Of a stretch of 45,764 nucleotides of DNA, positions 1-10,477 are shown one piece after another. The DNA lies in contig CAYVKX010000001.1 in NCBI GenBank assembly GCA_964452095.1, positions 17,535-63,298 of the forward strand, in the 5' to 3' direction. A program made the position numbers and the translations under genes. Position 1 is the first letter of the stretch. Every line of letters begins with the position of its first letter. A model generated the notes under the pieces. That model had not been told where the DNA came from, searched no databases, and worked only from the letters and a program-made list of their open reading frames with translations. The stretch is from an uncultured Weeksellaceae bacterium. Its GTDB lineage: Bacteria > Bacteroidota > Bacteroidia > Flavobacteriales > BACL11.

Positions 1-465
1 CTACAATTGAAGGGGCTAAAGAATTTGAAAATAAATTCGGACGAGATTATTGATATGTTGTGTCAAAGATTTTGTTTGTATTTATTTTCAAATTTTTTAG
101 CTTTTTCAATTGTAGGTGTTGCATCTAAGGTTATTGATTTACTTTCTAATTCTACTGATTTAAGAGATAAATTAGAAGAAAATACTAAGTATTTTAGAGC
201 AAAAATGGTTGCAGCTGGTTTTGACATCCCTGCTGGAGTTCATGCAATTACTCCTGTAATGTTGTATGACGCAAAACTGGCTCAAGAAATGTCCAACAGA
301 TTATTAAATGAAGGAATTTATGTAATTGGATTCTTTTACCCAGTTGTTCCAACAGGAAGGGCACGAATAAGAGTGCAAATTTCAGCAGCACATTCCAAAG
401 AAAATTTAGATACGGCAATAAATGCATTTATTAAGGTAGGAAAAGACTTAAAAGTGATAGAATAA
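1..465 (+). CDS. kbl: glycine C-acetyltransferase / 2-amino-3-ketobutyrate CoA ligase, C-terminal part (5' end outside window)
   Basis: Frame 1 is open from base 1. The tail GIYVIGFFYPVVPTGRARIRVQISAAHSKENL matches the conserved C-terminus of Kbl/alpha-oxoamine synthases. The TTG at 7 in the ORF track is not a real start. Confidence 0.8.
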   Translation, partial: LQLKGLKNLKINSDEIIDMLCQRFCLYLFSNFLAFSIVGVASKVIDLLSNSTDLRDKLEENTKYFRAKMVAAGFDIPAGVHAITPVMLYDAKLAQEMSNRLLNEGIYVIGFFYPVVPTGRARIRVQISAAHSKENLDTAINAFIKVGKDLKVIE

Positions 466-505
466 TTTATACAGAATATTTTTTTGTTGAATAAGAAAAT
501 AGTTG

Positions 506-513
506 TAGGTTTG
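506..513 (+). promoter_or_regulatory. Bacteroidota-type -7 box TAGGTTTG upstream of rplM
   Basis: Matches TAnnTTTG. A TTTG lies at 483..486, 19 nt upstream. The box is 35 nt before the rplM GTG start. Confidence 0.4.
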
Positions 514-548
514 CAGCCCTTAAAAATTAGGAATAAAAAATTAAAATT

Positions 549-1004
549 GTGGATACATTAAGTTACAAAACGCTTTCAGTAAACAAAGAAAATGCCGATA
601 AAAAATGGTGGATTGTTGATGCTGAAGGGCAAACTCTAGGAAGAATGGCATCAAAAGTTGCTAAAGTACTAAGAGGAAAATACAAAACAAATTTCACTCC
701 GCATGCTGATTGTGGTGATTATGTTATCGTCATAAATGCAGGTAAAATTGTTATGAGCGGAAACAAAATGAAAGATAGAAGAATCTTTTCTCATACAGGA
801 TATCCTGGAGGACAAAAGAGAATTTCTCCTACTGAAATGCTTGCAAAAGATGAGACATCAGTAGTAAAACATGCAGTAAGAGGAATGCTTCCAAAAAATA
901 AATTAGGAAATGCAATCTTGAAAAACTGCTTTATTTATGCTGGAGAAAAGCACGAACAAGAAGCTCAAAAACCACAACAATTAAATCTAAACGACTTAAA
1001 ATAA
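549..1004 (+). CDS. rplM: 50S ribosomal protein L13
   Basis: 151 aa with a GTG start. [26 protein letters not shown] is a typical L13 N-terminus. It is followed 1 nt later by rpsI, the conserved pair. Confidence 0.97.
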   Translation: MDTLSYKTLSVNKENADKKWWIVDAEGQTLGRMASKVAKVLRGKYKTNFTPHADCGDYVIVINAGKIVMSGNKMKDRRIFSHTGYPGGQKRISPTEMLAKDETSVVKHAVRGMLPKNKLGNAILKNCFIYAGEKHEQEAQKPQQLNLNDLK

Positions 1005-1005
1005 T

Positions 1006-1392
1006 ATGGATACAATTCACACAATAGGAAGAAGAAAAGCATCTGTTGCAAGAATCTACCTATCAAAAGGAAAAGGTAATATCATTATCAACAAAAAAGA
1101 TAGTAAAGATTATTTTGCTACTAATACTTTGCTTTACAAAATAAACCAACCATTCCAGGTGCTTGATATGGAGGGGCAGTTTGATGTAAAAGTTAATGTA
1201 AATGGTGGCGGAACTACTGGCCAAGCTGAAGCGATTCGTTTAGGTATTTCAAGAGCACTTTGCGAGCTTGATATCGAAAATCGACCTCCACTCAAAGCAG
1301 ATGGCTTACTAACAAGAGATTCAAGAGTTGTTGAAAGAAAGAAACCCGGACAAAAGAAAGCAAGGAAGAAATTCCAGTGGGTTAAAAGATAG
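1006..1392 (+). CDS. rpsI: 30S ribosomal protein S9
   Basis: 128 aa with [19 protein letters not shown] and a basic C-terminal tail ending KR. Confidence 0.97.
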   Translation: MDTIHTIGRRKASVARIYLSKGKGNIIINKKDSKDYFATNTLLYKINQPFQVLDMEGQFDVKVNVNGGGTTGQAEAIRLGISRALCELDIENRPPLKADGLLTRDSRVVERKKPGQKKARKKFQWVKR

Positions 1393-1490
1393 AGTTTTAA
1401 TTATTAATAAATGTTTAGCATCTAAACTCTTAGGACAAACTAAAAACTTCTACCTAAGGGTTGCTTAAACAAAGTAAAAAGAAAGTAAAC

Positions 1491-2270
1491 ATGAGAACAA
1501 ATTTCAAAGAATTATTAGATGCAGGTGTGCATTTTGGCCACCAAAAAAGAAAATGGAATCCAGCAATGGCTCCTTATGTGTTTATGGAGAGAAACGGAAT
1601 CCATATTATCGATTTGAACAAATCGGTAGCAAAAATTGAAGAGGCCGCCTCTGCAATGAAGCAAATTGTAAAATCAGGAAAAAACATATTATTTGTTGCA
1701 ACCAAAAAGCAAGCAAAAGACATTGTAGCTGACAAGGTGAAAAAAATAAATATGCCTTATATTACTGAAAGATGGCCAGGCGGACTGCTTACCAATTTTG
1801 TAACCATCAGAAAAGCAGTAAAAAAGATGGATTCTATTGATAAAATGAATGAAGATGGGACTATTGAAACCTTATCGAAAAGAGAGCGTCTTCAAATTTC
1901 TAGAACTAGAGAAAAATTAGAAAGAAATTTAGGAAGTATTTCTAAAATGAATAGAATCCCTTCAGCTATTTTTGTAGTAGATATCAATAAAGAAAAAATT
2001 GCTGTTGCTGAAGCAAAAAAATTAAATATTCCTTGTTTTGCTATGGTGGATACTAATTCAGATCCTAATTTGGTTGAATTTCCTATTCCAGCAAATGATG
2101 ACGCTTCAAAATCTATAGAATGTATAATGGAGATTATTACGACTGCTGTAGCAGAAGGATTGGAAGATAGAAATAAAGCAGCTGAACAAAAAGCAATGGA
2201 AAACGCTAAAAAAGCTCAAGCTAAAATAGATAAGAAAAAGAAGGAAGAAACTACAAAAACAGATAAATAA
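1491..2270 (+). CDS. rpsB: 30S ribosomal protein S2
   Basis: MRTNFKELLDAGVHFGHQKRKWNP is the canonical S2 N-terminus. The ATG at 1491 is preferred over the upstream TTG at 1461. The C-terminal tail is Lys/Glu-rich. Confidence 0.95.
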   Translation: MRTNFKELLDAGVHFGHQKRKWNPAMAPYVFMERNGIHIIDLNKSVAKIEEAASAMKQIVKSGKNILFVATKKQAKDIVADKVKKINMPYITERWPGGLLTNFVTIRKAVKKMDSIDKMNEDGTIETLSKRERLQISRTREKLERNLGSISKMNRIPSAIFVVDINKEKIAVAEAKKLNIPCFAMVDTNSDPNLVEFPIPANDDASKSIECIMEIITTAVAEGLEDRNKAAEQKAMENAKKAQAKIDKKKKEETTKTDK

Positions 2271-2272
2271 AA

Positions 2273-3238
2273 ATGAGTGAGATAAAAGCGGCTGATGTAG
2301 CCAAACTTAGAAAACAAACAGGTGCTGGAATGATGGACTGCAAAAAAGCGCTAGTGGAGGCAAGTGGAGATTTTGATTCGGCAATTGATGTACTAAGAAA
2401 AAAAGGACAAAAAGTAGCAGCCAGCAGAGCAGATAGAGATGCGGCTGAAGGAGTGGCAACTACAAAAATTAGTGCAGATAATACAGCAGGAGTTGCAATA
2501 GTACTTGCTTGCGAAACCGATTTTGTTGCAAAGAATGATTCCTTTAAAGAATTGGCGAGCCAGTTTGCAGATATTGCACTAACCCATAATGATAAAGCAT
2601 CTTTTATGGCTGCTGATTTTGGCGGTATGACTGTTGCTGAAAAATTAATTGAGCAAACGGGAGTGATTGGAGAAAAGTTAGAGCTTTCGGCTTTTGAAAG
2701 AATAGAAGCAAACTATGTTGGCTCTTATACGCATGGTGTGAAAATTGCTGTTTTAGTTGGATTAAATAATGCAGTAGATAATGCTGAAACTTTATCGAAA
2801 GATTTAGCAATGCAAGTTGCTTCAATGGGGGCTACTTCTTTATCTTATAAAGATTTCGACCCTACTTTTGTTGCTTCTGAAACTCAGGCGAGAATAGCAG
2901 TAATTGAAAAAGACAATATCGAATTAGGAAGATTGGGGAAAACTTTAAAAAATGTTCCTCAATATATATCTATGTCACAACTTAATGATGAGGTTTTAGC
3001 TAATGCTAAAAAAGAAATAGAAGAACAATTAAAAGCTGAAGGAAAGCCAGAACATATTTTTGATAAAATTGTACCAGGAAAAATGGATAGATTTATTGCT
3101 GATAATACTACACTAGATCAGGAGCAATGCTTGTTAGACCAAGATTTTATTAAAGATGAAAAGAAAAATGTTGCTGATTATATTGCAACTTATGGTGATG
3201 TAGAGATTACTTCTTTTAAAAGAGTTTCTTTAGGATAA
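2273..3238 (+). CDS. tsf: translation elongation factor Ts
   Basis: 321 aa with the UBA-like N-terminus VAKLRKQTGAGMMDCKKAL and TDFVAKN. It lies 2 nt after rpsB, the conserved rpsB-tsf pair. Confidence 0.95.
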   Translation: MSEIKAADVAKLRKQTGAGMMDCKKALVEASGDFDSAIDVLRKKGQKVAASRADRDAAEGVATTKISADNTAGVAIVLACETDFVAKNDSFKELASQFADIALTHNDKASFMAADFGGMTVAEKLIEQTGVIGEKLELSAFERIEANYVGSYTHGVKIAVLVGLNNAVDNAETLSKDLAMQVASMGATSLSYKDFDPTFVASETQARIAVIEKDNIELGRLGKTLKNVPQYISMSQLNDEVLANAKKEIEEQLKAEGKPEHIFDKIVPGKMDRFIADNTTLDQEQCLLDQDFIKDEKKNVADYIATYGDVEITSFKRVSLG

Positions 3239-3259
3239 AAAAATAACTATAATTTTTAG

Positions 3260-3286
3260 AAGCCACTTTTTGAAGTGGCTTTTTTA
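3260..3286 (+). terminator. rho-independent terminator after tsf
   Basis: 8-bp stem AGCCACTT/AAGTGGCT with a 4-nt loop, followed by a T-run at 3281..3285. Confidence 0.7.
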
Positions 3287-3334
3287 TTGTTCAAAAATTA
3301 TAAAGCACTTCAAATTTTCTTTAAATGGAATTTC

Positions 3335-3342
3335 TATCTTTG
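3335..3342 (+). promoter_or_regulatory. -7 box TATCTTTG upstream of pyrH
   Basis: Exact TAnnTTTG match, 19 nt before the pyrH ATG and downstream of the tsf terminator. Confidence 0.5.
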
Positions 3343-3361
3343 ACAAACTTTTTAAACAATT

Positions 3362-4069
3362 ATGCAATACAAAAGAATTTTACTAAAACTAAGTGGAGAA
3401 TCCTTAATGGGAGAAGGGGAATACGGGATCGATTCCAAAATGTTAAGCAAATATGCTGCTGAAATTGATGAAATAGTAAAACAGGGAGTTGAGGTAGCGA
3501 TTGTGATTGGAGGAGGAAATATCTACAGAGGAATTCAATCGGAAGGGGCAGGTTTTGACAGGGTGCAGGGCGATTATATGGGGATGCTCGCTACCATTAT
3601 TAACGGTATGGCTTTGCAGTCCGCTTTAGAATCAATTGATGTGCAAACCAGATTGCTTACCGCAATAAGAATGGAGCAAGTTGCCGAGCCCTATATCAGA
3701 AGAAAAGCAATGAGACATTTGCAAAAAGGAAGAGTAGTTATTTTTGGAGGAGGAACAGGAAACCCGTATTTTACTACCGATACTGCCGCTACTTTACGGG
3801 CTATTGAAATTGAGGCAGATGTGATACTTAAAGGCACAAGAGTAGATGGGATTTATTCGGCAGATCCTGAAAAAAATCCTGATGCAAAAAAATATGAAAC
3901 GATAAGTTTTGATGAAGTTTTTCAAAAGAAGTTAAGTATAATGGACTTGACTGCTTTTACGCTTTGTCAGGAAAATAATTTGCCAATTAAGGTGTTTAAT
4001 ATGAATGAAAAAGGAAACTTGATAAAAGTTTGTAAAGGAGAAAATGTTGGAACATTAGTTAATTTTTAA
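3362..4069 (+). CDS. pyrH: UMP kinase
   Basis: 235 aa with [20 protein letters not shown] and [13 protein letters not shown] motifs. Confidence 0.95.
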   Translation: MQYKRILLKLSGESLMGEGEYGIDSKMLSKYAAEIDEIVKQGVEVAIVIGGGNIYRGIQSEGAGFDRVQGDYMGMLATIINGMALQSALESIDVQTRLLTAIRMEQVAEPYIRRKAMRHLQKGRVVIFGGGTGNPYFTTDTAATLRAIEIEADVILKGTRVDGIYSADPEKNPDAKKYETISFDEVFQKKLSIMDLTAFTLCQENNLPIKVFNMNEKGNLIKVCKGENVGTLVNF

Positions 4070-4085
4070 TAAAAAGTAAATAATT

Positions 4086-4649
4086 ATGACAGAAGAAATA
4101 AAATTTCATTTAGATGTAGCAAAAGAAGCAATGCAAGAATCTATGAAACATTTGGAACAAGTTTTAGCAAAAATAAGGGCAGGAAAAGCAAGTCCGCAAA
4201 TGCTTTCAACTATTAATGTTGATTATTATGGCACTTCAACTCCACTTAGCCAAATGGCAAATATTAATACTCCTGATGCGCAAACAATCTCTGTTCAGCC
4301 ATGGGATAAAACCGCTTTACAAGATATTGAAAAAGCAATAATGGAAGCAAATTTAGGACTTACGCCAATGAATAATGGTGAAATGATAATGATAAATATT
4401 CCGCCACTTACTGAGGAAAGACGATTGGATTTGGTAAAACAAGCCAAAGCAGAAGCAGAACATTGCAAGGTAAGTATTAGAAATGTGCGTCATAAAGCCA
4501 ATGATGAAATGAAACAATTAGGCAAAGATGGATTATCGGAAGATATGGAAAAAGATGCGGAAGCAGAAGTGCAAAAACTTACCGATTCATTTATTACAAA
4601 AACGGATGAGCATTTCTCCGCTAAAGAAAAGGAAATTCTAACTATTTAA
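4086..4649 (+). CDS. frr: ribosome recycling factor
   Basis: 187 aa with IRAGKASPQML, PPLTEERR and VSIRNVRH. It follows pyrH as in most bacteria. Confidence 0.95.
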   Translation: MTEEIKFHLDVAKEAMQESMKHLEQVLAKIRAGKASPQMLSTINVDYYGTSTPLSQMANINTPDAQTISVQPWDKTALQDIEKAIMEANLGLTPMNNGEMIMINIPPLTEERRLDLVKQAKAEAEHCKVSIRNVRHKANDEMKQLGKDGLSEDMEKDAEAEVQKLTDSFITKTDEHFSAKEKEILTI

Positions 4650-4670
4650 TAACTCTTTAAAAGTGATTTT

Positions 4671-4697
4671 AAAAGGACTCAGTTGAGTCCTTTTTTT
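4671..4697 (+). terminator. rho-independent terminator after frr
   Basis: Stem AGGACTC/GAGTCCT with a 4-nt loop, an A-tract before it and a 7-T run after it. Confidence 0.7.
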
Positions 4698-4805
4698 AAA
4701 CGCATAAGATTCCTGAAGATTAATTCGTTATAAGATATAATAATCAAAATTTGTCCTTATTTTCGAGCAATTTTTTAGTCGATATAAAAAAACATTAGTT
4801 TTACT

Positions 4806-7196
4806 ATGTGGGTAGTTGTTTCTAGAATAATTTTAAAATTTCGTTTAGCTATTTTACTAGGAGTACTCTTAGCTACCTCCTTTATGCTTTACCAAGCATC
4901 TTTCGTGCAAATATCTTACCAAATGGCAAAGATATTGCCAAAAACCTCTCCTATTTTTACCGATTATGAGAACTTTAGGAATGATTTTGGCGACAATAGA
5001 AATGCTTTAGTAATTGGCGTAAAAAATGACAACCTTTTTTCTGTTTCTGGGTATAAAGAATGGAGGAAATTAAGCAATGAGTTGCGAGAAATAAATGGAG
5101 TAGAAAATATGGTTTCCATTGATGATTTGTCATTGCTTACAAAAGATACAATTGCTAAAGGGTTTCAATCCAAAAAATGGTATAACTCTAATTTTTCCAC
5201 AGAAGAAGAATTTGATCAATCCGTAAAAAATCTTTTAGCCCAACCTTTCTACAAGGATTTATTTTATAATCAAAAAACACAGGCGACTTTATTAGTTGTG
5301 AGTATTAATAAAGAAATTCTAAAAACTCCAGCAAGAGAAAAATTAATTGAGGGAATTCACAGCAAAGCAGAGGAATACGCAAAAGCACAAAATTTAGAAT
5401 TACACTATTCTGGCTTACCTTATATTCGGACAGTAGATTCTATTCAAGTGCGAAAAGAAATCTCGCTTTTCATTTTCCTTACTTTGCTTGTTACTTCTTT
5501 TATTATATATCTTTTTTTCCGATCTTTTAAGGCACCCTTAATTTCTATGCTTGTGGTAATTATTGGAGTGATTTTTTCCTTTGGAACTATGTCAACTTTC
5601 GGTTTTGAAATTTCAATTCTTATGGCATTAGTTCCTCCAGTAATTGTAGTAATAGGGATTCCAAATTGCATTTTTTTGCTCAACAAATTTCATAACGAAT
5701 TCAAGGAACATAAAAATAAAATAAAGGCCCTTTCAAGAACGATTATAAAAGTTGGAAATATTACTTTACTTACTAATCTTTCTACCGCATCCGGTTTTGC
5801 GGCTTTTATGTTCACTAATAGCGAAACGCTCAGAGAATTTGGACTTATAGCATCATTGAATATTATGCTGATTTTTCTTTTCTCATTAGTATTGATTCCT
5901 ATTTCAATGAGTTATTTTTCTCCCCCAAAAAAGAGGCATACTCAGCATTTGGATAAAAAATGGGTGCAAGCATCTGTCGCCACACTTATCAAATTAGTGC
6001 AGCACAAAAGAGAGCATATTTACACCATTACTTTGCTGCTTGTAATTATTGGTTTTATAGGATTTTCTAAAATTGAAACAACAGGAAACCTAACAGATGA
6101 CTTACCAAAAACGGGTGTTTTGTATAAGGATTTAAAATTCTTTGAGAAAAATTTTGGAGGCGTAATGCCACTAGAAGTTTTAATTGATACCAAAAAGAAA
6201 AATGGGTTGATGCGTCTTTCTGTTATTAGAAAAATGGAACAATTGCAAATTGAACTAGATAGTTTCCCAGAATTTTCACGCCCTATTTCTATTGTTGATT
6301 TTGCAAAATATGCCAAACAAACTTTTTACAATGGCGATAGCAGTTTTTATGAACTTCCAAATTCGCAAGAAAAAAATTGGATACTCTCCTATGCCAAAAA
6401 TATAAAAAACAAAGAGGTGTTTAATGAAAATGTGCTTACCGATTCTTTAAATCAGATTGCACGAATAAGTATGCGAATGTCGGATATTGGCACGCCAAAA
6501 CTAGATAGCATTATGGAAGTTTTGCAGCCAAAAATTGATAAGATTTTTGACAAAGAAAAATATAATGTAACAATTACCGGTACGAGTATTGTTTTTCTAA
6601 ATGGCACAAAATATTTGGTTCGCAACCTGTTTACTTCTTTGCTTTTAGTAATTATTCTTATCTCCATTTTTATGGCTTGGATGTTTAATTCTTTCCGGAT
6701 GGTGGTGGTTTCTCTTATCCCCAACTTAATTCCTTTGCTGCTAACAGCCGCCATTATGGGCTATTTTTCTATTGCCATAAAACCATCAACTATTTTGGTT
6801 TTTAGTATTGCTTTTGGGATTTCTGTAGATGATACTATTCACTTTTTGGCAAAATATAGGCAAGAATTAATTGCAAGAAAATGGAACATTAAACGCTCGG
6901 TAATTGCGGCACTTAAAGAGACAGGTGTAAGTATGATTTACACTTCAGTTGTCCTTTTCTGTGGATTTTTTATCTTTATCGCCTCAGAATTTGGAGGAAC
7001 GGTGGCTTTGGGCTTGTTGGTTTCCATCACTCTCTTGATTGCTATGTTGGCAAATTTGTTGCTTTTACCTGCACTTTTACTCACATTAGAAAGAAGGATA
7101 ACAACAGAAGCATTTAAAGAACCACTACTCGATATTTTTGATGAAGAAGAGGACATTGAATTAAAACAAATAAAAGTAAAACGAAAAAGAAAATAA
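4806..7196 (+). CDS. MMPL/RND-superfamily membrane transporter (two 6-TM bundles, sterol-sensing-domain-like)
   Basis: 796 aa with an N-terminal TM helix. Two hydrophobic blocks (about residues 215-370 and 610-760) each follow a large soluble loop. [10 protein letters not shown] is an RND/MMPL-type motif. Confidence 0.8.
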   Translation: MWVVVSRIILKFRLAILLGVLLATSFMLYQASFVQISYQMAKILPKTSPIFTDYENFRNDFGDNRNALVIGVKNDNLFSVSGYKEWRKLSNELREINGVENMVSIDDLSLLTKDTIAKGFQSKKWYNSNFSTEEEFDQSVKNLLAQPFYKDLFYNQKTQATLLVVSINKEILKTPAREKLIEGIHSKAEEYAKAQNLELHYSGLPYIRTVDSIQVRKEISLFIFLTLLVTSFIIYLFFRSFKAPLISMLVVIIGVIFSFGTMSTFGFEISILMALVPPVIVVIGIPNCIFLLNKFHNEFKEHKNKIKALSRTIIKVGNITLLTNLSTASGFAAFMFTNSETLREFGLIASLNIMLIFLFSLVLIPISMSYFSPPKKRHTQHLDKKWVQASVATLIKLVQHKREHIYTITLLLVIIGFIGFSKIETTGNLTDDLPKTGVLYKDLKFFEKNFGGVMPLEVLIDTKKKNGLMRLSVIRKMEQLQIELDSFPEFSRPISIVDFAKYAKQTFYNGDSSFYELPNSQEKNWILSYAKNIKNKEVFNENVLTDSLNQIARISMRMSDIGTPKLDSIMEVLQPKIDKIFDKEKYNVTITGTSIVFLNGTKYLVRNLFTSLLLVIILISIFMAWMFNSFRMVVVSLIPNLIPLLLTAAIMGYFSIAIKPSTILVFSIAFGISVDDTIHFLAKYRQELIARKWNIKRSVIAALKETGVSMIYTSVVLFCGFFIFIASEFGGTVALGLLVSITLLIAMLANLLLLPALLLTLERRITTEAFKEPLLDIFDEEEDIELKQIKVKRKRK

Positions 7197-7198
7197 TT

Positions 7199-8056
7199 AT
7201 GAAAGGAATAATTTTAGCAGGAGGATCAGGGACAAGATTGCATCCACTTACATTGGCAATGAGCAAACAAATGATGCCAATTTATGACAAACCAATGATT
7301 TATTATCCACTATCTACTTTGTTGTATTCTGGGATAAATGAAATCTTGATTATTTCAACTCCACATGATTTACCAATTTTCAAGAAATTATTGGGTGATG
7401 GAAGTAGGTTGGGTTGTAAGTTTGAATATAAAGTTCAAGAAATTCCTAATGGATTAGCTCAAGCATTTATATTAGGTGAAGAATTTATTGGAGATGATAA
7501 GGTCTGTTTAGTATTAGGAGATAATATTTTCCAAATGAAAGTGAATACACTTACTTCCTGTAGAGATGTAGAAGGAGGAATTGTTTTTGGGTATCATGTT
7601 AATGATCCTGAACGCTATGGTGTAGTAGAATTTGATAAAGATTTTCATGCTTTATCTTTAGAAGAAAAACCAACAAACCCAAAATCAAATTATGCAGTTC
7701 CAGGGCTGTATTATTATGACAATTCAGTAGTTGATATTGCAAAAAACATAAAACCATCAGCAAGAGGAGAATATGAAATTACGGATGTAAATAAAGAGTA
7801 TTTAAGAAGAAAACAATTAGATGTTCAAGTATTAGGAAGAGGAACAACTTGGTTGGATACAGGTACATTTGCATCTTTAATGCAAGCTAATCAATATGTG
7901 CAAGTAATTGAAGAAAGACAAGGAAGAAAAATTGGATGTATTGAGGAAGCAGCTTACAGAATGGGCTATATAAATGATGCTAAATTACTTGAAATTGCAG
8001 AGCCATTACGCAAAAGTGGTTATGGAGAATATCTTGTGAACTTAGTAAAGAAATAG
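7199..8056 (+). CDS. rfbA: glucose-1-phosphate thymidylyltransferase
   Basis: 285 aa with [23 protein letters not shown] and a [10 protein letters not shown] signature. It starts 2 nt after the transporter stop. Confidence 0.9.
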   Translation: MKGIILAGGSGTRLHPLTLAMSKQMMPIYDKPMIYYPLSTLLYSGINEILIISTPHDLPIFKKLLGDGSRLGCKFEYKVQEIPNGLAQAFILGEEFIGDDKVCLVLGDNIFQMKVNTLTSCRDVEGGIVFGYHVNDPERYGVVEFDKDFHALSLEEKPTNPKSNYAVPGLYYYDNSVVDIAKNIKPSARGEYEITDVNKEYLRRKQLDVQVLGRGTTWLDTGTFASLMQANQYVQVIEERQGRKIGCIEEAAYRMGYINDAKLLEIAEPLRKSGYGEYLVNLVKK

Positions 8057-9024
8057 TGAAAAACTTAAGCCAACTTGGTACAATTATTGAGAAAGAGATA
8101 GGAAAGTTATCCTATCCAAATTCACCTGAATTACTTTACAATCCTATTGAATATATTATGGGATTAAAGGGGAAAAGAATGCGTCCTATTTTGGTGTTAA
8201 TGGCTCATCAACTTTTTGATGAGAATATCGAGAAGGCAATTTCTCCAGCATTAGCAATTGAGGTGTTTCATAATTTTACTTTACTTCATGATGATATTAT
8301 GGACAAAGCACCACTTAGAAGAGGAAATGCTACTGTTCATGAAAAATGGAATGATAATGTAGCTATTTTATCGGGTGATACTATGATGATTCAAGCGTAT
8401 CAATTGCTTAGTCAGGTTGATGATGACAAATTGAGACAAGTTTTTGATGTGTTTAGTAAGGCGGCTACTGAGGTTTGTGAAGGACAGCAATGGGATATGG
8501 ATTTTGAAACCCAAAACAATGTAGAGCTTTCTAAGTACATGAAAATGATAGAATATAAAACTGCTGTACTTTTGGCAGCTTCTTTACAGATTGGAGGAAT
8601 TACTGGAGGAGCAAGTAAAGAAGAGCAAGAACATCTTTATGAGTTTGGCTTAAATATGGGAATTGCATTTCAGCTTAAGGATGATTTACTGGATGCATTT
8701 GGTAATCCTGAAACCTTTGGCAAGCAAGTTGGAGGTGATATTTTGTCTTGTAAAAAGACTTTTTTATATTTAAAATCTTGTGAAATTGCTGATGACAAAC
8801 AGTTTGATAGATTAACTGGAATTTATTTAGATGATGAATTTCCTAAAGATGAAAAAATAGATTTAATCAAATTTTTATTTGAGCAAATGGAAATCCCAAA
8901 GCATACGGAAAACTTAATTTTAGCATATCATGCTAAAGCTATGAAGCATTTAGATGCAGTCGAATCAAATAATAAAGCACCACTAATAGCTTTTTCTGAT
9001 AAATTAATGGATAGGATAAGTTAG
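8056..9024 (+). CDS. polyprenyl (geranylgeranyl/farnesyl-type) diphosphate synthase
   Basis: 322 aa. First Asp-rich motif LLHDDIMD, second Asp-rich motif FQLKDDLLD. The GTG start overlaps the rfbA stop by 1 nt. Confidence 0.85.
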   Translation: MKNLSQLGTIIEKEIGKLSYPNSPELLYNPIEYIMGLKGKRMRPILVLMAHQLFDENIEKAISPALAIEVFHNFTLLHDDIMDKAPLRRGNATVHEKWNDNVAILSGDTMMIQAYQLLSQVDDDKLRQVFDVFSKAATEVCEGQQWDMDFETQNNVELSKYMKMIEYKTAVLLAASLQIGGITGGASKEEQEHLYEFGLNMGIAFQLKDDLLDAFGNPETFGKQVGGDILSCKKTFLYLKSCEIADDKQFDRLTGIYLDDEFPKDEKIDLIKFLFEQMEIPKHTENLILAYHAKAMKHLDAVESNNKAPLIAFSDKLMDRIS

Positions 9025-9183
9025 ATTAGTCACTTATGTGTTGTTAGATAAATAATATCATCTTGATATGAGTGAAACGAAACGATTGAAAAATTTACAA
9101 ATTATAATAGAAAAGGGAGATTGGGCTTTCTGGAGAAATACGAGCAGTAAACAGAATTTAAACCCTACTTGTGAAAATAATAC

Positions 9184-9960
9184 ATGACAGAGTTAGATAA
9201 GATCATATTAATTCACCCGACAAAATGTGCAGGGACTACAGTCTTAAGAAGATTATTTAAACTAAAAGGATTTTCTGATAATAATAGCCACTTGTATAGT
9301 GGTTATTCTGTTAATAAGTTTTTTCAGAAAAACATTCAGATATTTTATTTTATCTTTCATTCCAAAAACATAGCAATGTACCTTATATACTTTTTGTTTT
9401 ATAGTACTTGTTTCTACTTTACATTAAGAAATCTATTCCGTAAAAATAAATTTGGATTAACATTCTCAAAGGGAAGCATCCAACATTTTACTTATAAGCA
9501 ATGGATTGAAATAAATAAAATAAGGAAAGATTCTATTTGTATAAGTATAGTAACTCATCCACAGCACCGCATTGTTTCTTCCTATTATTTTCTTGGTTAT
9601 AATAAGCATTATAGTTTTATAGAATTTCTTCAAAAAATCAAAAATGGCACCTTATTGTCTTCTATTCCATTTTCAGGATTTAGAGCGATTATAAATCAAC
9701 ATCTAACACCATTGCATGATTATATTACAGATAAGGAGCAGATGGATTTTATCTTTAAAAGAGAATCCTTAGCTAAGGACTGGAAAGAATTTTGCTTGAA
9801 ATATAAAATTGAATATAGCCCTTTAAGCAATATTAATAAAACAAAATCAATTAAGGATTGGAAGGAATTGTATCGCATAAATCCTGAAGCAACACAATTA
9901 GTTTACAATTTATATCAAAAAGATTTTGAGCATTTTGGCTACAAAATCGTTAATCCTTAG
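9184..9960 (+). CDS. sulfotransferase-family (family-2-like) protein with a hydrophobic insert
   Basis: 258 aa. N-terminal IHPTKCAGTTV resembles the PAPS 5'-phosphosulfate loop (H-x-PKTGGT). THPQHRIVSSYYF resembles the RNP-x-x-R-x-x-S 3'-phosphate motif. The assignment is by motif only. Confidence 0.55.
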   Translation: MTELDKIILIHPTKCAGTTVLRRLFKLKGFSDNNSHLYSGYSVNKFFQKNIQIFYFIFHSKNIAMYLIYFLFYSTCFYFTLRNLFRKNKFGLTFSKGSIQHFTYKQWIEINKIRKDSICISIVTHPQHRIVSSYYFLGYNKHYSFIEFLQKIKNGTLLSSIPFSGFRAIINQHLTPLHDYITDKEQMDFIFKRESLAKDWKEFCLKYKIEYSPLSNINKTKSIKDWKELYRINPEATQLVYNLYQKDFEHFGYKIVNP

Positions 9961-10008
9961 CTTTCATTAGAAATTAAATACAGAAAAACTGAAGATGTTT
10001 ATAGGTTG

Positions 10009-10455
10009 TTATTTTAAAATCTGCTCAGTATGTGCTTTCGTTTTTACTTTCGTAATTATATCTTCAATTATTCCATTTTTATCAATCACAAAAGTAGTTC
10101 TGTGCATTCCATCATACTCCCTACCCATAAACTTTTTAGGTCCCCAAACGCCATAAGCGTTTAGCACTTCCTTGCTTTCATCCGAAATAAGTGGAAAAGG
10201 TAAATCATGTTTTGCAATAAATTTTTGATGTCTTTCTGGGCTATCAGCAGAGCAACCCAATACCACATAACCATTATCCAAAAGTATTTGGTAATTATCC
10301 CTCAAATTACAAGATTGCATAGTACAACCAGGTATCATGTCTTTTGGATAAAAGTACAATACTATCTTCTTTCCTTTAAATTGCTCTAAAGTAATTTTTT
10401 CTCCATTTTGGTCAATGGAATTTATTGCCGGGGCTTTATCGCCAATTTTTAACAT
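10009..10455 (-). CDS. bcp: thioredoxin-dependent thiol peroxidase (peroxiredoxin Bcp)
   Basis: MLKIGDKAP...YFYPKDMIPGCTMQSC has the Prx PxxxTxxC-type active site. The ATG at 10455 is preferred to the upstream ORF-track start. Confidence 0.9.
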   Translation of the reverse strand: MLKIGDKAPAINSIDQNGEKITLEQFKGKKIVLYFYPKDMIPGCTMQSCNLRDNYQILLDNGYVVLGCSADSPERHQKFIAKHDLPFPLISDESKEVLNAYGVWGPKKFMGREYDGMHRTTFVIDKNGIIEDIITKVKTKAHTEQILK

Positions 10456-10477
10456 AGTTATTTGTTTTAAAGTTAAT

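Noticed and set aside
1-120. Apparent degeneration of kbl near the window edge (QRFCLYLFSNFLAFS where I recall a more conserved R-P-Y-L-F-S-N-S-L-A-P type motif; the differences would all be C-to-T changes)
   Set aside because: This rests on remembered homolog sequence only. The gene is truncated by the window, the frame stays open, and the C-terminal two-thirds is well conserved. There is too little evidence to call a pseudogene or hypermutation.
1393-1490. Possible rpsB leader structure (CTTAGG...CCTAAG, 6-bp stem with 18-nt loop)
   Set aside because: The stem is short with a large loop in AT-rich sequence, so it is not distinguishable from chance by eye.
2604-2825. 73-aa minus-strand ORF inside tsf
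   Set aside because: It lies entirely antisense within a well-supported conserved gene and has a low-complexity Gln/Leu-rich translation, typical of shadow ORFs in AT-rich DNA.
5444-7156. Four minus-strand ORFs (5444..5686, 6020..6316, 6452..6754, 6938..7156) inside the MMPL transporter gene
   Set aside because: All are antisense shadows of one long, coherent membrane-protein ORF and contain no motifs.
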